Shown here: piece by piece, positions 25,856 to 39,203 of the stretch
Numbering within the stretch: the stretch's first letter is position 1
How the letters are laid out: each line of letters starts with the position of its first letter
Assembly: GCF_006345805.1 (NCBI RefSeq)
Contig: NC_043008.1
Coordinates: 77,624,001 to 77,688,000, forward strand
Direction of reading: 5' to 3'
Origin: Octopus sinensis
Taxonomy: Eukaryota
DNA: 64,000 bases
Made by a program: the position numbers and the translations under genes
Notes under the pieces: model-generated
The model's input: the letters and a program-made list of their open reading frames with translations, nothing else
What the model was told of the DNA's origin: nothing
Databases searched by the model: none

Positions 25856-27269
25856 GTTAGTTTTCAAATAATGCACTGGCCATAATAATCAAACTTGTTT
25901 CGTAAATTTTATAAATCAGCTTATAGATGTATCCAACAGTAAAAATATTCCTTTAGACAATGGCATGGTATATCTAGAGCGATGAATATGTGGGTCACAC
26001 TAAATACTCACCTAGCTCCTGTCACTGATTTGCTTCATAAAGACTGGCTTAGAGATACGCAACAACTATAGCAATAAAATATCTCTCTCTGGAATCAATA
26101 TCATTGATCTACAAAGGCCAAAGGCACAGCTCCTTCCTATAGAACAATCCACTAAAAGAGTGTTAAATAATCACGTTAATTGGGTACGTGGGGGACATCA
26201 TATTGAGATTATTATTTGTATCTATTACCAAATAATTTAATCCTGAACAGCTAAGCCTATTTAGTTCCAAACAGATACGTCATGATATATTACCATATGG
26301 TATTTGTTTGGGTTTAATTCATTATTATAAGCAACAGAAGTGGCAATTGTTTTGCTAATGTTACGTTAACTAGTTGAATTCCCGTTGGGAAATGGAATTT
26401 CTATTTCCCTATTTAAATATTATCAGTATGTATTTAACTGTAATCCAAGGTACATATGTACCGTTTATTATAACTTTGTCACGCACTCATCATGCTATCA
26501 CAGTAAAAAACGGAACCTGCAAATTTTACTGATTTAAAAAAAAATATAACTTTAAACAATGTGAAAATATATGCTGTGTCTTACATGCGAAACTTATGAT
26601 TTAGAACTAACCATGTGTGTATATGAATGTGTGTGTGTATGTGTGCACGCGTGCGTGCGTTTATAAGTCTGCATGTATAAGTATAGCAGCATATCGTTAT
26701 AAAGAGCAGCAGGTATAGATTCAACCTTACAATAGATGCTCTGTACAATGTTCATAGCGTGATGACGCATGTTGAAACACATATTCCCTACGTGCAGGTG
26801 TTCAAATGCATAACAGTTCTATTACTTTACTTCTATGGAAGGAAATGTCTTCAGTTACGAACAGGTGTACCAAAGACACCTGTTACTTTAGAAGAAAAAC
26901 TTTTACGAGAAAAATTTGACGCTATGATGTTAAGAAAATTTGACAAGTGGAGAATAGGGGTTGAAATCTGTTTCATCGTTAGCTCTCACTAATTTGTTAC
27001 CTTAGGAAATATTTCAATGCTTAGTGCGCTGATTGCTTGCCAGCAACAAGGAAGAATGTCAATATTATATTTAAAACATTTCATGTTCAACCTTCAATGA
27101 GAAAATGTTCTAATGAAAAAAATTTTCTCCAAACCCTGCTAAAGCAGAGTTTTTATGAAAACTAATACAATATTATAACATTTTAAAATACATTCAGTTA
27201 TCGGTGAGTGGAATAACTGATCTGATTGTATATACAAGAAAGCATCGTGGTGGTGATGATGCTGGTCGT

Positions 27270-28465
27270 GGTTGCAGCGACATAGAGAGCGGTTGATCTT
27301 CGGGTTAAATCTGTAGATCAGTAAAGATTCCTTGGCACGGAGATCTCTTCTATTTCTCTCCGTGGTCAGTATGGAGGCGCTTATCTCTTTAGTGGTTTTG
27401 CCACATTTGATTATGAGCTTGCGGCAGGAAAACACGTTTATAGTCAGGTGTTCCTTAAGTCGGATATGGAACGGTCGGACCATACTACCGATATAATAGT
27501 TACCGCATTTGAAACAATGTTTCTAGTATACCACGTATGTTTGCAGACACTTTCTAGTGTCGCGGGCAGAACAGTTCACCAGTGAGCAGGTCTGCTGTTC
27601 CGCATACAATCTCTTCATGGACACACGTCTACGCAAACGCTCTCGTGTGGGGTAGCCAGATGCTGAGGCTTTCCCTGTAGATGGTCTTTCAGATGGCAAA
27701 AATGGCCCTTCTCTTGAAATAGGGAATCCCCAAGAAGCAGATCCTAGAGAAATTCCTCTTGCTACGTTTATTTGGTTTGCACCCATGTAAAGTGTTTGTA
27801 ACAGACGTTGGATATCCGTTGATTTCAAGTATCTTGAGAAACTGTGCAATCTATGTGTTCTGGCTGGTGCTATCACTGTATTTGATGTGTATACTGGAGA
27901 TCTCATTTCGTATGTAGCCGATCTTAGCACTGACGAGAAGGGCCGAATGTAATGAACGAAGAGATCTCGGCAGGTTGCCTTTCGATAGAGCACTGTGACG
28001 ATTCGTTCCCCGACTGTGATGCTTAAAGTCGAGCAAATAAAAGGAATCATCATGATTCGGGTGTTCGATGATGAAGTCCATGTGTTGGTCCACGTCTTTG
28101 AAGCTTTCCAGTATTGCAGAGGCATCCTCATGGGATAAAGTGAGTGTGAGGATGTCATCCACACAATTAGTGAAAAAGGTGTATGAGCGGCAGGTATTAG
28201 ATGCTCTATACTCCAACCGCTTTATGCACGTAATAGCAAGCAAGCAAGCCAGAAAGGCTGGACCACGTATGTAGGTTGAACACTGTATGTATTGCCAAAG
28301 AAATCAAAGTGAGTGTTGACAGCTATGACTGACAATAGTAAGTTCGAGGAGGAGATGCATTCCGTCTTCATATCGACCGTGGGAAGGGCAGGAACCGAGG
28401 TGTACCACGTCATGGCTGTCCTCTCTGCATTCTTAGAAGCGTTCCTCATTTCCCTTTTCATTTAT
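27270..28465 (-). mobile_element. Penelope-like element, Poseidon-type, degenerate RT plus GIY-YIG
   Basis: FDFFGNTY, FFTNCVDDIL, LYRKATCRDLFVHY, GYIRNEI, CFKCGNYYIG, RPFHIRLKEHL, KESLLIYRFNPKIN. Confidence 0.88.
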
Positions 28466-28511
28466 TATTCAACTTCTATACCACACTGCTTCAAGCGAAC
28501 TATATCGCTCT

Positions 28512-28562
<51 letters not shown>

Positions 28563-29107
28563 GTGGACAGGAACAGGTGCCATTTATGAAGTGTTGTCCT
28601 AAATACAACGACCAAGTTTAACCTGATTGAGATTTTAAGGCATTGTTTACATTTTACAACAATTTGATCAACTAAAACTTTCATGACGTATCCTACATTA
28701 TTCGTTTACATAGTACAAATATAAATTATAGAAACAGAGATGTGTAATTATATATATTATACTAATGTACATTCAATTAATACTAACGAATATTAATGAA
28801 TGTTATAGCATCCCACTGACTGATGCATTAGAGTGGGAGATGGATAACATAAATTCATGAAACAGCTACAACAGTGTTTCTCTAATTGTTATCTTATATC
28901 ATTCGATAGACCTTGTGTCTATAGTAGAAACAGCTGTCTTAGACCATTCTTGTTCAACACATTAATGATATAATGTGTATTCACACTCAAGCACAAACAC
29001 AAACGCACATACACACAGGCACACACACATACCCAGAGGTTTGGAACACAAATATGAAAAAAGAGCTAAAAACTTGAATATATATATTATTATTATTATT
29101 ATCATTC

Positions 29108-30519
29108 TTCAGTAGTTTTATTTTCATAGCGTGCTTTCACTTCACTACCGAGCGCAGCTCTGTGTGCCGTGGGTTATGTGCTGTGATTTGTTGTGATGCT
29201 CTAATGGTTATTGTATGGAAAGTGTTCTGCGTAGGATGTGTGCAGTGCCTAGTAGTGCAATTTTCTGTACGTTATATGTGTTTGTAAGTCCTGGTGTTTT
29301 TGTTATGTATTTGTATGAATATTTTTTATCATCCCTAATGCACCTACTATGATAGGAATTGTTTCTGTTTTTAGATTCCACATTCTGGTTACCTCTATTT
29401 CCAGGTCTTTGTATTTTGAAAGTTTCTACATTTCTTTTAGAGAAACGTTGTCATCTGCCGGTATTGATACATCAATTAGAAAGCATGTTTTTCTTCATGA
29501 TCTCTGACAACTATATCTGGTTTGTTGGCCTTAATTTCTCTATCTGTGTGTATCGGCATATCCCAGAGTATGGTTGCTTTCTCGTTTTCTGTGACCTTTT
29601 CTGGTGTGTGCCTATAGCATCTTTTTTCTGTTGTTACTCCATAGTGTTGGCATAGCTTTCAGTGTATGTAGGTCCCAACTCTGTCATGTCTGTGAATATA
29701 TTCCTTCTTAGCCAGGACTGGGCAACCAGAGATAATATGATTTATTGTTTCTGGTCCATCTCCACATATTCTGCAGTTACTTGTTATATTTCTTTTCATT
29801 ATATGTTTTTGGTAATTTCTGGTGGGGAGGCTTTGGTCTTGTGCTGCAATTAAAAATCCCTCTGGTCTGCTTTGAGTCCTGAGCTTCTCAACCATTGCTG
29901 GGATTTTTCTTTGTCTATTTCTTTTGCATTTAGTTTAGTCCAGTATTTACCATGAAGGGGCTTTTCTTGCCATCGTTTTATCATGGTTCTTTGCTGTTCT
30001 AGTTTTAGTTTGGATTTCATTTCTTTTATAGCTTTTGTTGTTTCTTCTTCTTCTTCTTCTTCTTCTTCTTCATATTTCTTAGGTGGTATGATTTCTTGTT
30101 TGTATTTGTCAGCTTTCTTAAATACTGAGAACAGTTTTTTGTTTTGCTCGTGTTTTGCCGCTATTTGTATCAGTTTTCCTTCCTTCTGAAGTAGATATTT
30201 CTGCAGTCCTATGGTGGTTATTTTATAGTAGTTTTCCAGCTGTATAAGGCCTCTACCACCTTCTATACGTTGTATATATAGTCTTTCTATGTCAGATTTT
30301 GGGTGATGCATCCTAGATCCTGTCATTATTTTCATATCTATTTTGGACAGTTCATTTCGTGTCCAGTTAAGGATATTGTAGCTGTAACTTATAACTGGGA
30401 CAGCTAAACAGTTAATACCTATTATCTTGTTTTTAGCATTGAGCTCTGTTTTTAGTATTGATCTAACTCGTCTATAATATTCTTTTTTTATTTTCTCTTT
30501 CATTTGTGTGTGTTGTGAC

Positions 30520-30521
<2 letters not shown>
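29108..30521 (-). mobile_element. R4/Dong-like family A, 5'-truncated
   Basis: ORFs 29850-30578 (end of RT, poly-E, WQEKPLHG) and 29659-29895 (CRICGDGPETINHIISGC); family A 3' UTR; (AAT)n on the sense strand at both ends. Confidence 0.92.
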
Positions 30522-30550
<29 letters not shown>

Positions 30551-30551
<1 letters not shown>

Positions 30552-31092
30552 GAGTGAGAGAGCAGTGCATGCTATCAAAGTGACACTGGGGTAAAATTTA
30601 CGAAGCCCAGTATACCCGTCATGACTGCCTGTCTAATAAGGGTACACCAGGCACATGCATCACAAACATCAGTGTGCGACATGGTGATCTAATGTCAAGA
30701 TAAACAGCACATGACCTTGCAGGTGGGGCCCAGTTAGAATTTTCTTCTGGTCGAGTAGCCCATCTCGCTCAAAAGGTCCCTGAATAAGGGTTGTTTAAGG
30801 ATGTTGAACGAAACACCCATGTTTCCAGTGGTGAATTATTCAAACTCCAAAGAATCGCTCTCAACACATGGCTATGATGCTCCCCCACTACTTCTACTCA
30901 TGATTAGAGATGCACATATCATCAACTGGTCAACTGGTTAAGGCCAAACAACTGACAAGCAAATCTGTGGTATTGAGCAGAATATTTGCTGTAGCCCATC
31001 TTCTATACCAAGACAAACAGTGTACATGATAACACTTCCAATCAGTTAAGATCAGAAGCCACGAGAGCCACTGCCTGGTACTGCATCAGGGC

Positions 31093-31096
<4 letters not shown>
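30551..31096 (-). mobile_element. ~550-bp non-coding interspersed element in (AAT)n, copy 1
   Basis: Closely matches 54140-54698 end to end and 39204-39423 at its 3' part; no recognisable ORF and no clear tRNA head. Strand inferred from the AAT tail. Confidence 0.8.
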
Positions 31097-31129
<33 letters not shown>

Positions 31130-31140
31130 ATTATTATTAT

Positions 31141-31321
31141 CCAGTAGTTATATTTTTATAGCGTGCTTTCACTTCACTACCGAGCGCAGCTCTGTGTGCC
31201 TTGGGTATGCGCTGTGATTTGTTGTGATGCTTTTGGTTACTCTATTGAAAGTGTTTTGCGTAAGATGTGTGCAGTGTCCAGTAGTGCAATTTTCTATATG
31301 TTATATGTGTTTGTAAGTCCT
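31141..31321 (-). mobile_element. Family A 3' end fragment
   Basis: Same C-terminus and 3' UTR as other family A copies, between AAT tracts. Confidence 0.9.
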
Positions 31322-31324
31322 TTA

Positions 31325-31358
<34 letters not shown>

Positions 31359-32039
31359 ATCATCATCATCATTAATATTTGGCAGAAGTAACAGAGTGAT
31401 TCAAGGGCCGAGAGATTCATCCGTTATCACTTATCAAACTAGTTACAAAACAGTTATTATAAATATATACACCAGTGTTAGTAGTATTTCCTTGAATAGT
31501 TCTGGAACAAGTTAGGAACAACAATTACAGTGTCACGCGGATATTTCATATTTTTCAAATATATATATACATATATAAACGCAGGTAGATAGATAGATAA
31601 ATAGACAGGCAAACAGACAGAAAGGTACATAGATAGATAAATAGATTTAGATAATCACACTTGCACTAATATATCCATACATACATTGCATAGAGATATG
31701 TACTTAATGATATTGTCTGTGTAAGTGTATGTACATGTGTTTGTAATTTATTTATATACATAATCATATACGTATATACATATATCGTTTATGGATTTGG
31801 TTTGTAAGATTCTTTATGTGAGTTCGGATGTTGAAGCATATTCTATTGTGTCTGGGGAGAGTCATTTTCTTTTTGTGCCTTATAATTTAACGCACCCACT
31901 GGTACATTTCCACTACTGAAAATGTTACAAGACGCAACGAAAATTTTAGGAAAATAAAAATAAGAAATATGTGGAAATTTTACCGATGAGTGGGTTAAAT
32001 TAAAAGGCATAAAAAGAAAATTACTGTCTCCTGACACAA

Positions 32040-32245
32040 CCTATGAGAGGACAAACAAGGACAGACAAACGGATTAAGTCGATTATATCGACCCCAGTGC
32101 GTAACTGGTACTTATTTAATTAACCCCGAAAGGATGAAAGGCAATGTCGACCTCGGCGGAATTTGAACTCAGAACGTAATGGCAGACGAAATACGGTTAC
32201 GCATTTCATCCGGCGTGCTAACGTTTCTGCCAGCTCGCCGCCCTT
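32040..32245 (-). mobile_element. SINE family 1
   Basis: Near-identical to 8125-8312. Confidence 0.85.
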
Positions 32246-33292
32246 TCTCCTGACACAACCGAATATACATACATATCTGCATATGCCTTTGTGATGTGTC
32301 AGCGCATATATACACATATACAACTAATTTGCATGGAAACACTCAACATATGAGCGACAAGAATTTAACACAGTGATATAACACACTGCTCAATGGTTAC
32401 ATATTACATTCCCATGAACACACGGTTCCTTCTGCAACTACTATCGCCCATGATCTCTCTCTCTCTCTCTCTCTCTCCCTCACGCACTCACAAAAACATA
32501 CACACGCACACACACACACACACACAAACATACACACGCACACACACACACACATGCACTCATTCACCGGTGTGTAAACGTTGCTCCTCAAAACATCTAC
32601 ACAGATGACCTCTCTCACTCTCTAGTATCGTTTTAGAATCAAACATGTTACTTCATACTTGAACTAACAAAGAGTCATTTACAAATGAAACCCTGTTAAA
32701 ACTAATAATTCCACTCCATTGGAAACCCAGTAATTGGCATGTCTTGCCTGTTTACTCGTGCATCTTTGACAGACAATCTTTTCCGACGTCAAATAGCGAA
32801 ACAGGATTAATACCTGGCTACCAATCTTTGATCACTGTTTTAACAGGATTTGTCAATATGAATAGAAGAATGTGTCTATGTAACTCTCCGAGAAAGTCAA
32901 CAGAAAACAGGTGTCTATGTCAGGTATGATGTAAGTTAGACATGGGCGTCTTAATCTATGTTAGAACTAAGGTGAGCATTAAAAGACAGTTGCGAATGGA
33001 ATATTTTAATGTTTTGTATTACAATGAAATTCCAATACCCAACCCACTTTTATTTATTTATTTATTTATTTTGTAACATTCTCTCCAATAATTTTCCAGC
33101 TGTCAAGACTATCCTTATTTTCACTGTGTTAATGGAGAGAAATTAACTGAAAGAGAATGAAAGCTGAAAATGTAGTTAGTGTCTCGACATAATTATTGGA
33201 TGACATTTCACATGTTGCCGTCGGCACGGCACTGAGTCGCTCGTCAAGATATTTAAATCTCGGAATGTTAGTTTGTCTCATCAGAAAATTAG

Positions 33293-34134
33293 AAAATCAG
33301 AAACAAAAGGGTTTATCATAGCAGCCCAAGATCAATGCTTCTCAACAAGGAGCTACCAGGCCAACATATTAAAGGACGGCAGTAGCCCAACATACCGTGT
33401 ATGTAAACAACAAAATGAAACCATTGATCATGCCTCCATGTGCAGTCTTCTTGTGCCTATAGATAGAGCAGTATATTCACTTGATAATTTGCAAAACCCT
33501 GGACCTGTCCCATGATAAAAACCTGGTGGGAACACAAACCATCTCCAATGCTTGAAAATGATCACATCTCACTCCTCTGGAACTTCACCGTTTAAACTGA
33601 CAAAAAGATAGATACGAATAGGCCAGACATTATATTGAAAGACTTCAGATAAAAATCATGCCTCCTCATGGATATAACTGTCCCAATCGACGTAAATGTA
33701 TCTGTTAAGACCTACCAAAAACTGAACAAGTATAAAGATATTGAAATAGAAATTGGCAAAATGTGGAACCTCATGACCAAAACAATACCTGTTGACATAG
33801 GTAACCTGGGAATGACAGCAAAAGGAGCTAGTTGCTATCTAGCTCAGATACCAGGAAATCCCAGAATGGCAGACATTCATAAGGTAGTACTCATGGAAAA
33901 TACCCATATCCTACGTGAAATACTCTCTATTTAATCCCAAATTTAAAAACAAACATAATTTTCTTATGTTTTCTTAAACATCCTCTAGAACGATACTATG
34001 TGCAAAACCAAATAGATGACTTCCACGGCCAACTTGAACTTCTAATAACAACTTGAACTTCCAACTTGTTGTCTCCTGAGGTCTCTGGGTGAGACTTGGA
34101 GTCAACTAGTACAAATACAAAGCAAAAGTCAAAC

Positions 34135-34137
<3 letters not shown>
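33293..34137 (+). mobile_element. Family B 3' fragment, diverged
   Basis: SETKGFIIAAQDQC, DITVPIDVNVSVKTYQKLNKYKD, family B 3' UTR, AAT tail. Confidence 0.9.
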
Positions 34138-34194
<57 letters not shown>

Positions 34195-34196
34195 TG

Positions 34197-34250
<54 letters not shown>

Positions 34251-34733
34251 GAAACGAGAAAGCAACCATACTCTGGGATATGCCGATACACACAGATAGA
34301 GAAATTAAGGCCAACAGACCAGATATAGTTGTCAGAGACCATGAAGAAAAAAAATGCTTTCTAATTGATGTATCAGTACCGGCAGATGACAACGTGTCTC
34401 TAAAAGAAATGGAGAAACTCTCAAAATACAAAGACCTGGAAATAGAGGTAACTAGAATGTGGAACCTGAAAACAGAAACAATTCCTATCATAGTAGGTGC
34501 ATTAGGCATGATAAAAAAATATTCAGACAAATACATAACAAAAACACCAGGACTTACAAACACATATAACATACAGAAAATTGCACTACTAGGCACTGCA
34601 CACATCCTACGCAGAACACTTTCCATACAATAACCATCAGAGCATCACAACAAATCACAGCACATACCCAAGGCACACAGAGCTGCGCTCGGTAGTGAAG
34701 TGAAAGCACGCTATAAAAATAAAAATAAAACTA

Positions 34734-34737
<4 letters not shown>
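34251..34737 (+). mobile_element. Family A 3' fragment with intact REL region
   Basis: ORF 34280-34633: NRPDIVVRD...FLIDVSVP...KLSKYKDLEIE; family A 3' UTR. Confidence 0.92.
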
Positions 34738-34767
<30 letters not shown>

Positions 34768-34771
<4 letters not shown>

Positions 34772-36910
34772 CCCCCAACTTCTGGTTAAAATATCTGATA
34801 AGAATACACAAAAAGCTGGCTGAAAACGTTAATGACATACTAGCAGAGCCAGGGACAATGCCTGAATGTCTCACAATAGGAAAACTTACCTATTTCCCAA
34901 ATCCACCGAAATGGCAAAACCACAATTTACAAAGCCTTTTACTGCAATAATATCGCAGAGATTGAGCAAGGACAGACAAACGGATTAATCTGGAAGAAAA
35001 CAACCTGTTTCTAGAAGAGCAGAAGGGATGCTGCAAGGGCCCATACGGCTGTAAAGATAAACTAATGATCAATAGAGCCATAACTGAAGACAGCCACAGA
35101 AAGAAGAAAGGCTTCAGTATGGCCTGGATCGACTGCCGAAAGGCTTTTGATAGTTTTCCCCACACGTGGATCCTTGAAACACTAGCCATCAACAAGGTAG
35201 CACCAATAATTATAGAATATATAAGAAATTCTATGAATAAATGGCTGACAGTGCTACAGCTCCAAACAAAAGAGGGACTCGTGAAAACCAAAGCCTTCCC
35301 CATTAAAAGAAGAATATTCCAGGGAGACATGCTCTCCCCACTCCTTTTCTGCTTGGCACTGACACCTCTATCTGACATGCTAAATAGAACTGGATGCGGA
35401 TACAAATGTTACGGCAAAACAATCAGCTACCTGTTATATATATAGATGACCTAAAACTATACGCTACAAATGATAAACAGCTGGAAATACTACTATAGAC
35501 AGCACATGGATTTACCAAACAAATAAATATGAAATTTAGATTAGAAAAATGTGCCAAAGCAACCCTGAAAAGAGGAAAGCTAGTTAAGAGTAGCAACATC
35601 ACACTAGATAAAGCCAATGAAATAAGAGAATTAGATCAAAGCCAAACGTACAAATATTTAGGAATCCATGAACTAGATATAACACACACAAATGAAAGAG
35701 AAAATAAAGAAAGAATACTATAGACGAGTTAGATCAATACTGAAAACAGAGCTCAATGCTAAAAACAAGATAATAGGTATTAATACTTTAGCCGTCCCAG
35801 TTATAGGTTACAGCTACAATATCCTTAACTGGACACTAAATGAACTAACCTAAAAATAAACAGGAAAACAAGAAAGATAATGACAGGATCTAGGATGCAT
35901 CACCCAAAATCTGACATAGAAAGGCTATATATACAACGTATAGAAGGTGGTAGAGGCCTTATACAGCTGGAAAACTATTATAAAATAACCACCATACGAC
36001 TGCAAAAATATCTACTTCAGAAGCAATGAAAACTGATAGAAATAGCGGCAAAACGCGAGCAAAACAAAAAATTGTTCTCAGTATTTAAGGAAGCTAACAA
36101 ATACAAACAAGAAATCATATCACCTAACAAGTATGAAGAAGAAGAAGAAGAAGAAGAAGAAGAAGAAGAAGAAGAAGAAGAAGAAGAAGAAGAAGAAGAA
36201 GAAGAAACAAAAGCTATAAAAGAAATGAAATCCAAACTATAACTAGAACAGCAACGGACCATGATAAAACGATGGCAAGAAAAGCCCCTTCATGGCAAAT
36301 ACTGGACTAAACTAAATGCAAAAGAAATAGACAGAGAAAAATCCCGGCAATGGTTGAGAAGCTCAGGACTCAAAGCAGAGAGGGACGGATTTTTAAGTGA
36401 ACCACAAAACCAAAGCCTCCCCACCAGAAATTACCAAAAATATATAATGAAAAGAAACGTAACAAGTAACGGCAGAATATGTGGGAATGGACCAGAAACA
36501 ATAAATCATAATATCTCTGGCTGCCCAGTCCTGGTTAAGAAGGAATATATTCACAGACACGACAGAGTTGGGACCTACACATACACTGAAAGCTATGCCA
36601 ACACTATGGAGTAACAACAGAAAAAAAGATGGTATAGGCACCCACCAGAGAAGGTCACAGAAAACGAGAAAGCAACCATACTCTGGGATATGCCAATACA
36701 CACAGATAGAAAAATTAAGGCCAACAGACCAGATATAGTTGTCAGAAATCATGAAGAAAAACATGCTTTCTAATTGATGTATCAATACCAGCAGATGACA
36801 ACGTTTCTCTAAAAGAAATGGAGAAACTTTCAAAATACAAAGACCTGGAAATAGAGGTAACTCGAATGTGGAATCTAAAAACAGAAACAATTCCTATCAT
36901 AGTAGGCGCA
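34768..36910 (+). mobile_element. Family A, 5'-truncated, containing degenerate RT
   Basis: [45 protein letters not shown], poly-E, CCHC region, REL; ends abruptly at IPIIVGA. Confidence 0.92.
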
Positions 36911-37628
36911 AGTGTTTATCATAGCAGCTCAGGATCAATGCCTACCAACAAGGAACTACCAGAACAACATATTAAAGAACGGCAGTAGCCCAACATGTCG
37001 TGTATGTCAACAACAAAATGAAACCATTGATCATGTTGTCTCCAAGTGCAGTCTTCTTGCGGCTACAGAGTATCTCAACAGGCATAATAGAGCTGCACAA
37101 TATATTCACTGGGTAATTTGCAAAAGCCTGGACTTGCCCCATGATAAAAACTGGTGGGAACACAAACCACCTCCAGTGCTTGAAAATGACCACATCTCAC
37201 TCCTTTGGAACTTCACCATTCAAACTGACAGAACGATAGACGCGGATAGGCCAGACATCATAGTAAAAGACTTCAGACAAAAAACATGCCTTCTCATTGA
37301 TATGACCGTCCCCATCGATATAAACGTATCTGTCAAAACCTACCAGAAACTGAGCAAATATAAAGATCTGGAAATAGAAATCAGCAAAATGTGGAAGCTG
37401 AAGACTAAAACAATACCTGTTGTCATAGGTGCCCTGGGAATGATAGCGAAAGGGACTGATTGCTACCTAACTCAGATACCAGGAAACCCCAAAATGGCAG
37501 AAATTCAAAAGATACAAAACCAAATATATGGCACCCTAGGCATAACGCCAACATGAACCTGTTGTCTCTTGAGGTCTCTGGGTGAGACTTGGAGCCAGCT
37601 TGTACAAATGTAAAGCAAAAGTCAAACA

Positions 37629-37629
<1 letters not shown>
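36911..37629 (+). mobile_element. Family B 3' fragment fused directly to family A
   Basis: ORF 36912-37556: FIIAAQDQC...CRVCQQQNETIDHVVSKC...RPDII...IDMTVP. Confidence 0.92.
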
Positions 37630-37689
<60 letters not shown>

Positions 37690-37806
37690 CTTTTCTACTC
37701 TAGGAATGACTCTAGGAATGACCACATCTCACGAAATTTTGTTGGAGGGGTCAGTCGATTAGATCGATCTCAATACGCAACTGGTACTTAATTTATCGAG
37801 CCCGAA

Positions 37807-37841
<35 letters not shown>

Positions 37842-37845
37842 AATG

Positions 37846-37886
<41 letters not shown>

Positions 37887-38579
37887 TATTATTATTATTA
37901 TTATTATTATATTATTATTATTATAACTCCGCAGCGAATAACAAACATGATGGGCGTGTACAAGCGAGTTCCTTGCAAAGTTGGATTAAATCTGTGACCA
38001 TCGGCAAACAGTATTTAAGAAACACGAAAAATATGAATGAAAATTGGTCCCTAATATAAATTAGATCAGGATACCGAAATATTTCCTTCATACATGAAAG
38101 ATAGGTGCTGTGAGGCACGTTGTCGTAGAAAAACAAGTGTGTGATAATATAAACCACATGCGGTGATGCGACTTGCCTATACGTGAATTGAAGCAATATG
38201 CGAGAATGCGATGTCGCTACAGAAAGACACTGTAAGTACAAATGTAATGTTTATATAATTCACACATGCATCAGTACATCTTGTACATGATCAACACAAC
38301 GTAGAGCACACAGTGTTTAAACAAATTAAAAGAGAACATAATAATAACAATAAATATAAAATGTAACACGTCTCATTATAAATAGAGAAAAAACAGATAT
38401 GCTTGCAAATATAACTTCGAAAATAAATAAAGGCTAATTTCTACTTTTGAGCTTGAGGTGCTTAAGATACGAAAACAAAAATACCTCTGAACAGAAAGGC
38501 CCCTCTACTAATGTCACTGCCCAAGCGGAAAGCAAAACCAAAAGAGGACGGTGGGCAGATGACGACAATAGTTGGAGCA

Positions 38580-39203
38580 AAGATAGCATCTCAAGACGGT
38601 TACAATACCAGTGATTGTGGGAGCTCTTGAAATGACCAGTAAAGAAACTAAAAATTAGTTGAGAATGCTCCTAGATTACCATTCATGCAGGGAACGCAAA
38701 AGATTGTAGTAAGTTTTAACTGCAAACTTAAACAGGCTGTATATGAAAAGAAAGAATGGACGCAGTGGACTGATTAGTATAGACCATTGTATAAGGAATG
38801 GAGCTATAGCCGATCCTGGTGAAGGTTTCCCGCCCAGCACGTCCGAAACCGCCCACATCATGGGCAGTGATCTGGCCTCGGACAGTCCTTATGTCATAAC
38901 AGATCACATACACGGTGTGCGCAAAATCAGACACAAGTGGACGAAGGAGGAGTACGATGCTTTTATTGAACGTCATGAAAGAGCAAAGCTGGAAAGACGT
39001 CGCGGAGTAGGCCGACGTACCTTGAAATTTTGGATGGAAAAGGTCACGTGTCCAATGTCAGAAAATAAACTAATGAACCAAGTGAGAGTAATTAGGAGGA
39101 AGGGTTACTTAACTGGAGTAGAAATATCTCGGATTAGTGAGAGTTTGAGAGACCTTGCAGATAGGCTACAAAGGATGGTCGGAGTTGAAAACAAAGAGGC
39201 AGG
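38580..39203 (+). mobile_element. Family C-like C-terminal remnant followed by an R4-like N-terminal Myb-like region
   Basis: 38580-38715 reads HLKTVTIPVIVGAL; ORF from 38743 has RHKWTKEE...W...ENKLMNQVRVIRRKGYLTGVEI, parallel to the N-termini of A and B. Confidence 0.65.

Noticed and set aside
30740-31096. HDV-like ribozyme at the 5' end of the 550-bp element (GCCCTGA could pair with a distant TCAGGG)
   Set aside because: P3/L3, the P1.1 GG and the J4/2 catalytic C could not be placed in the required order.
32744-32929. Cys-containing ORF as the second half of the WxxW domain
   Set aside because: Cys spacing and the DY.VRF.C motif do not fit, and the splice phase is not compatible.
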